A stretch of 38,061 nucleotides of DNA from a virus (lineage: Duplodnaviria > Caudoviricetes): the IMG/VR virus record IMGVR_UViG_3300009442_000015, positions 1-38,061 of that record; one strand, given 5' to 3'. The notes beneath the pieces are model-generated. The model was not told the DNA's origin. It saw nothing but the letters and a program-made list of their open reading frames with translations, and did not search any database. Shown here in pieces: positions 33,158 to 38,061 of this stretch. Both the position numbers and the translations under genes were made by a program. Each line of letters opens with the position of its first letter. Positions within the stretch are counted from its first letter, which is position 1.

Positions 33158-33434
33158 GAGCCGACTCTATAAACAACTCTTCTAAAGTTGATTCTACAAT
33201 CTTGGACACACCCTTTTGTAGAGTAACAAAAGAGTCTTCTTTTTCCTCACTATCTAATTGATTTAAAGCTTTCTTTAAAAAATCCTCAAGTAGAGACTCT
33301 AGCTTGTTGACATGAAACTTTATGTCTTGACGATACAAAGGAGTCTCCTTTAGTTCATCCATAATCTCAAGCTGACACTGTTGAAGTATGATTAGCTTTG
33401 ATGCGATTCTGTCGATTTGATTGATTGTTTTCAT
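33144..33434 (-). CDS. Hypothetical helical protein
   Basis: 96-aa packed ORF. Confidence 0.6.
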   Translation of the reverse strand: MKTINQIDRIASKLIILQQCQLEIMDELKETPLYRQDIKFHVNKLESLLEDFLKKALNQLDSEEKEDSFVTLQKGVSKIVESTLEELFIESARVRA

Positions 33435-33445
33435 AATTATATAGA

Positions 33446-35875
33446 TTAAAATTCAAATTTAGTTTCCTTTTCTAGCTCATGTTTATTTCTACATCTTAGC
33501 CATCTTCCCTTGTTGTCTCTCCCGTCTTCTGGCTGAACCTCACTTTTGTATATACAATAAGCGACTAGCCATTTATTAAACTTAGACCTAGAGATTGTCA
33601 TCTTAGCCTTGGGGGCGAAGTCGGGGTTGTCTTGTATAAAGTCATGGTATAGGTCATTCTTGTACACGCGCTCCCTAGTGTCTAACTTTTGTATGTGCTC
33701 AGACTGAGGGCTATTGTGAACCAATCCACACCACTCTATAAACTCATGACAGGTCTCGGCAGACAGTTGGCGGATTTTTAGATTAACAAACGTGCTTCTT
33801 ACTAGACCTGTTCTTAGGTAACTGCTCAAGCAATTAATCATATAGTTGTCAAACTGATTCCACTCTTGATCATCCCAATCTCCAAACATTAATTTCTTGA
33901 ACTCGTCTAGCGGAGTGAATGTCTTGTTATAATATTGATTAAGCTCTAGCTCCCACTTCCTCCTCTCGAAAGAATTACCAGCCCCTTTTATTGCATAGTT
34001 AGTTGTTATGGCAATCTTAGGCGACTTACTGAAAGGAATCTTAATGGCGTCCTTGTTTTTCTTCTCCAGGGTTAGCCCTTCAGTGACTACAGAAAACAAT
34101 CTTTCAAACTCAAAGTGTTTTCTTACATCGTCAAAGCAAAGTATTTGAGTGTCTGCAGACACAAGTTGATAAGCAAATGACCTCTCAAAAGTAAATGCCT
34201 TTCCATCAATAACCACCAGCTTCTTCATCTGAGACAATGCGTTCATTAAAAGACCCTTACCTGTCCCTCCTTCAGGATTATCTGAGATAACCTCGTCATT
34301 AAGTATGACTGCTGGGCAGAAAGACAAGTCCTTGTATCCGTGCATCAGAAACCCGAGTGTGCTTTCCATGCTTTTAATTCTATTCACATCATGAGCTGAT
34401 ATGTTAGCAATAAACTGCTCAAAATCACAACTGTTAACATCGCCAATATCAAAGTTTCTATCAATTACATGATCCTTCCAAACATACCCTCCCAAGTCTA
34501 TATAGTCTATGCTTGTAACCTCTTGGTCGGTAACCTTTAATGCACAATTTTTATAGTATAAATAACAAGCACTCTTGGTATCGGCAATAAAGTATACATC
34601 TATAGAGGAAAGTAGGGTGAGAAAGTCTTCTCTAAAAAATCTAGTGTTATCAGCAAAGTAGTTATAAATCAAAGCATCCTCAAGAGTTAAGAGGTAGTCT
34701 AGAATAAAATCTTTAATCTCCTTCTCGGAAGTGTGGTCAATCAAATTATTGGTTACCCTCACAAACACATAGTTCTTACTCCCTTCAGGATTATATTTGT
34801 AAAAGCCATTATCTTCAAGGAACTGTTTAAACAGTATGTGAACTATCTTAACAATGCCCTTGTCTGATTTTGTCCAAAACTTTTGACTCGACTGCTCCTC
34901 CTCAATGCGAGAAATTACGGAGTCGATTATACCGCCATCTACATTGGACTCCTCTAGTTGATGACGGATCTCTTTTTTTGGCACACCACCCCTGAGCTTT
35001 GTCTTTATCTGAGAGACCTTCTCTTCATCCTCGTAGTACCTACTGCCAAACTTCTGACTCTGAGCATATGCACTATCAATAGTTCTTTTAATTTCAGAGA
35101 GAGGGAAAGACTTTGTCTGGTAGTTGTTGGTGACGTACTCTGCCAATGACTTATTAACACCGAAGTCGTTTAGAGCGGCGGCGAGGACATAAATATTGTG
35201 ATTCCTTTGGCCCTCTACCATAGGGTATTTTTTATCCCACCACTTTAGAAGGATCTCTACAATCTTATTCTCGTCTGTAATCGGTATGGTTGGTCGGTCT
35301 CTATACTTGTCAAGCTCTGGGTATGTTTGCTCCTCTAAGCTTGTCCAAACACTAGATGTGGCGTTAAGATAAATCAGTGGGTCATACGACTCATAACAGA
35401 CTCTAGAGATGTTTTTGCTAGTCTTATCAAAGTTTTCAGAGTTAAAGTGATTCTCTAAGGAGTTGAAGTAATTCCTATGATTATCAATGTCTTGAGGTAT
35501 TTTCACTAAAGCCTTTAATCCCTTTCCAGATGGGCTTATAAAGACAGAATACACATATTTATCCTTAGAAAGCAGTTCCTTTTGCTCTAAAAGTTCCTTT
35601 TGCTTGGTATATCCATCGAAATCTAGGCACACAAACCCACTATGTGAGGCTATAGAGCCGTCAGAACGCTTTGTAAACTTGCCAGAAAAACAAATTGCAG
35701 GTAATTCTTGCTTTAATTGATTAATTTCAGACTTATCTTTTAATGTCCGTATCTTTTTGATCAGATCTTTTGAAGCTCCGTTGCGAATTCTCTCAAGAAT
35801 AGCATCAACACCCCTGTAAAAAGGTTGCTCAGTCTCTTTAATGTTCCTGAATATGGTTATAATTCCTTCACTCAT
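33446..35875 (-). CDS. Primase-helicase (VirE-N/BT4734-like primase domain, PriCT-like region, P-loop helicase)
   Basis: LKQELPAICFSG, CLDFD, FISPSGKGLK, SRVCYESYDP, GQRN, Walker A GGTGKG, CFDD and ITTN. Confidence 0.85.
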   Translation of the reverse strand: MSEGIITIFRNIKETEQPFYRGVDAILERIRNGASKDLIKKIRTLKDKSEINQLKQELPAICFSGKFTKRSDGSIASHSGFVCLDFDGYTKQKELLEQKELLSKDKYVYSVFISPSGKGLKALVKIPQDIDNHRNYFNSLENHFNSENFDKTSKNISRVCYESYDPLIYLNATSSVWTSLEEQTYPELDKYRDRPTIPITDENKIVEILLKWWDKKYPMVEGQRNHNIYVLAAALNDFGVNKSLAEYVTNNYQTKSFPLSEIKRTIDSAYAQSQKFGSRYYEDEEKVSQIKTKLRGGVPKKEIRHQLEESNVDGGIIDSVISRIEEEQSSQKFWTKSDKGIVKIVHILFKQFLEDNGFYKYNPEGSKNYVFVRVTNNLIDHTSEKEIKDFILDYLLTLEDALIYNYFADNTRFFREDFLTLLSSIDVYFIADTKSACYLYYKNCALKVTDQEVTSIDYIDLGGYVWKDHVIDRNFDIGDVNSCDFEQFIANISAHDVNRIKSMESTLGFLMHGYKDLSFCPAVILNDEVISDNPEGGTGKGLLMNALSQMKKLVVIDGKAFTFERSFAYQLVSADTQILCFDDVRKHFEFERLFSVVTEGLTLEKKNKDAIKIPFSKSPKIAITTNYAIKGAGNSFERRKWELELNQYYNKTFTPLDEFKKLMFGDWDDQEWNQFDNYMINCLSSYLRTGLVRSTFVNLKIRQLSAETCHEFIEWCGLVHNSPQSEHIQKLDTRERVYKNDLYHDFIQDNPDFAPKAKMTISRSKFNKWLVAYCIYKSEVQPEDGRDNKGRWLRCRNKHELEKETKFEF

Positions 35876-35888
35876 GTTTTTGTAGTAT

Positions 35889-35916
35889 AAAAAAGGGGGG
35901 CGTTTAAACGCCCCCC
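35889..35916 (-). terminator. Intrinsic terminator; perfect 22-bp palindrome GGGGGGCGTTTAAACGCCCCCC
   Basis: Palindrome at 35895-35916 followed by T6 on the minus strand, between the SSB-like gene and the primase. Confidence 0.85.
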
Positions 35917-35921
35917 AATAA

Positions 35922-36179
35922 TTAGAATGGTAGGTCTACTTCTTTTTGTGGAGCAGATCCGTTTTCTTTTTTCTTAGGCACAAATGTGTCAAGCTCGATG
36001 TAGTATTTACCACCACGAGACTGATTTACATTCAGATTTACCCATCCGTTCTTGGCGTTAGATGTTAAAAAGCCTACAGCTTCATCAACCTTAACACTCA
36101 TAGAGCCAACAACCCATTCGGGAGCAGTCTCTCTCTTCTTAAAAAGAAATCCATCAGCAAATATTTTGTCCTCTGCCAT
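35922..36179 (-). CDS. Putative single-stranded DNA-binding protein
   Basis: Small beta-rich protein with an SSB-type C-terminal tip (EVDLPF), next to recombination genes; probable start MAEDKIF at 36179. Confidence 0.55.
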   Translation of the reverse strand: MAEDKIFADGFLFKKRETAPEWVVGSMSVKVDEAVGFLTSNAKNGWVNLNVNQSRGGKYYIELDTFVPKKKENGSAPQKEVDLPF

Positions 36180-36230
36180 ATATATATAATTAATGCTCAT
36201 TTATAAAATGATTGTAAGGCTGAGCAGTCC

Positions 36231-36968
36231 CTACAATACTTCCGAAATAAAATAATTGTCAACATTTTCAGGTGCATCTTCAGCAAAGAATTTGCCGTAC
36301 ACCTCCAGAGCTCTCTCAAGCTTCTGCTCTCCACCTCTGATAAAATCCACCGATGGTGTATACTTACCAAGTCTGTGTGTACCCTTCTCAATAACGTAAA
36401 ATACCATAGGCTTTCCAAAAATCCTTTCATAGATAAAGCATTGGCTATCATAGTTGTACCGCTTTGCGGAAAAACGAAAATCATCGAGCTTGCTAGTCGT
36501 CTTGAGGTCGATTAGGATTTCTTCCTTATGCATGATAATATCACACTTCCCCTTCCACATATGACCCTTGATTTCTTGAATCCCTGGAACCTCATATTTA
36601 TTACCATCAGCATAAATAGACTCGTAAAAAGAATAGTTGCCTATCATACTTTTGGTCAATGAATCAATCTCCTCAGCTTCTTTGGTGAGCATAAGCATCT
36701 GTTCACCACTATCCTCAAGAGCCTCCTTGTAGACCTTCGTGTTTCGAGAGGCACAATCTACCAATGTAAAATTCTTTATCTTGTCGGGTTCTAGTATTGC
36801 AGTATGAAAATACCTTCCCTCTAACAAAGGTTTTGACTCCGGTCTTGGCTTTCTAAACTCTTTAGGGTTATTCAAAAGAGTTCCTATGTCGGAGTTGGAC
36901 AAAAACTGTTGCCCATACTCCCCATAGTATTTCTCATCATCGCTAAGCAATTCTAATATATTGCTCAT
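36231..36968 (-). CDS. PD-(D/E)XK exonuclease (RecE/exonuclease VIII-like)
   Basis: LSNSDI, GRYFHTAILEP, E, KGKCD, IDLKTT and Y..Q...Y motifs. Confidence 0.85.
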   Translation of the reverse strand: MSNILELLSDDEKYYGEYGQQFLSNSDIGTLLNNPKEFRKPRPESKPLLEGRYFHTAILEPDKIKNFTLVDCASRNTKVYKEALEDSGEQMLMLTKEAEEIDSLTKSMIGNYSFYESIYADGNKYEVPGIQEIKGHMWKGKCDIIMHKEEILIDLKTTSKLDDFRFSAKRYNYDSQCFIYERIFGKPMVFYVIEKGTHRLGKYTPSVDFIRGGEQKLERALEVYGKFFAEDAPENVDNYFISEVL

Positions 36969-36969
36969 A

Positions 36970-37581
36970 CTACTCTCCGTTTAAGAAAGACTGAAGCTGA
37001 GCATCTAAGTTTTTAACAACACTAGAAGTTATTTTATACTTAGTCTTTAAGTTTTTTACAATCTGCTCTAAGCCAATGTCAACATTTGCTTGAATATATG
37101 GAAGGACTTTATTCGTGTAGTTCTCATCGTCTACATGCAGAGTAATAACCTTTACTTTTTCGTTTACAACAGAAGTGCTTGTAGATACCGGAATATCTTC
37201 ACCGCTCCACAAAGACAATCCTAAACCATGCAAAGCAATCGCTTTAGCCGTTGACCTCTGAATAGTCTTGTTTACCTCAAAGCTAGTAACCTTCTCTATA
37301 GATATCGCACTATTACGATAGTCCATTACTGGAAGGTAATCAATATGCTCAATGTCGTTAACAAGAATCCCAACCTTTACATATGCAGTTCTGCCATCAG
37401 TAAAAAAATTAAGTCCAGTGCTAGGGTCTTCGTAGACAATTCTCTGGGCATTGGGATATAGTTTTTTAAGCATTGACCAGGCATTTGCCCAAGACAAATA
37501 ATCAAGGTTGCCCTTGCGTTCAATTTTAGATTTGACACTAACCTCAGATAGTGTCTGAAAAACAGATTTAGTATTACTCAT
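36970..37581 (-). CDS. Sak/Rad52-like single-strand annealing protein (DUF1071-type)
   Basis: YLSWANAW, LPVMDYRN and NKTIQRSTAKAIALHGLGLSLW.GED motifs. Confidence 0.85.
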   Translation of the reverse strand: MSNTKSVFQTLSEVSVKSKIERKGNLDYLSWANAWSMLKKLYPNAQRIVYEDPSTGLNFFTDGRTAYVKVGILVNDIEHIDYLPVMDYRNSAISIEKVTSFEVNKTIQRSTAKAIALHGLGLSLWSGEDIPVSTSTSVVNEKVKVITLHVDDENYTNKVLPYIQANVDIGLEQIVKNLKTKYKITSSVVKNLDAQLQSFLNGE

Positions 37582-37987
37582 AGTTATTGATTTTGAATTG
37601 AATTGATTGTGATTTACTTATTGCGTTTTCTAAAGCTCGAGAAGCGTTGTCTATATACTTCTTGTTATCCGCTTTAGGTGTTCCGTCTACGTTTCTGATT
37701 CTAGCCTCATATGTTCTGATCTTGTCATTACACCTAGCTAAAGCGAGGGACAACACCCCCTTCTTCCATCCATACTCCTTAAGCACATGCTCGTAGAGAT
37801 CGGGTAGCTTTTTATACATATCGCCCTCATAAGCAACAATGAGCTCATAGCAATACTCTTCGTTCCAATCTAAGTAACGCTTGAATTTTACGCCCCATGA
37901 AATTAAGGCCTCTGTTTCGCCCGCATCTAGTCTTGCGGAATTTCCATCCTTGATGGCTTGATCCCAAAGCTGATCAATACTAAACAT
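37574..37987 (-). CDS. Hypothetical protein
   Basis: 137-aa ORF overlapping the SSAP start. Confidence 0.6.
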   Translation of the reverse strand: MFSIDQLWDQAIKDGNSARLDAGETEALISWGVKFKRYLDWNEEYCYELIVAYEGDMYKKLPDLYEHVLKEYGWKKGVLSLALARCNDKIRTYEARIRNVDGTPKADNKKYIDNASRALENAISKSQSIQFKINNYE

Positions 37988-38060
37988 TCTCTTTGGTTAT
38001 TATCTCTCCAAAAAGAGTAAATAGGTCTCGAATGACCTCTATTGGTTTCTCCTCTTCGGA
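37980..38060 (-). CDS. 3' end of a gene entering from beyond the window
   Basis: Open frame ...SEEEKPIEVIRDLFTLFGEIITKENV* whose stop overlaps the next start. Confidence 0.4.
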   Translation of the reverse strand, partial: SEEEKPIEVIRDLFTLFGEIITKENV

Positions 38061-38061
38061 G

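Noticed and set aside
36197-36484. 95-aa alternative-frame ORF overlapping the exonuclease 3' end
   Set aside because: No recognisable motif, and the main frame there carries conserved nuclease residues; probably chance, though not excluded.
1-38061. Stop-codon reassignment, tRNAs, integrase, DNA polymerase or lysis genes
   Set aside because: Genes are long and intact in the standard code, and no such features were recognisable by eye; they may lie outside the window.

Overview
This 38-kb window is from a tailed dsDNA phage with podovirus-type virion genes and a probable Bacteroidetes (flavobacterial) host, inferred from several TAnnTTTG -7 promoter boxes and A-rich, Shine-Dalgarno-less starts. 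The + strand (1-28.7 kb) is the morphogenesis arm: a 5'-truncated GNVGIG-repeat fibre, small fibre-associated genes, a GroES-like protein, TerS/TerL, portal, scaffold, major capsid protein, ring/tube proteins, a split tail-stabilisation protein and three putative ejection proteins (the last 2365 aa, with a zincin HExxH motif). The - strand (28.8-38 kb) is the replication/recombination arm: Sak/Rad52-like annealing protein, PD-(D/E)XK exonuclease, SSB-like protein, primase-helicase, SF2 helicase, VRR-NUC, DnaA-C-like HTH and a metallophosphoesterase. The best leads are all missed by the ORF track. (1) Hidden coding layers in the giant ejection gene: a 59-aa MPFKSQAQR... ORF in the +1 frame and a candidate -1 frameshift at a T3A10 slippery run. 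(2) A free-standing 33-aa peptide resembling the redox C-terminal tail of ribonucleotide reductase alpha. (3) A 244-bp micro-ORF cassette between 58-bp direct repeats that keeps translational coupling into TerS. (4) Nucleotide-level conserved repeats in the fibre gene. (5) Three GTTTAAAC-centred palindromic terminators. (6) A candidate structured RNA where the two arms converge. All functional calls rest on motifs and synteny read by eye; no searches were run.
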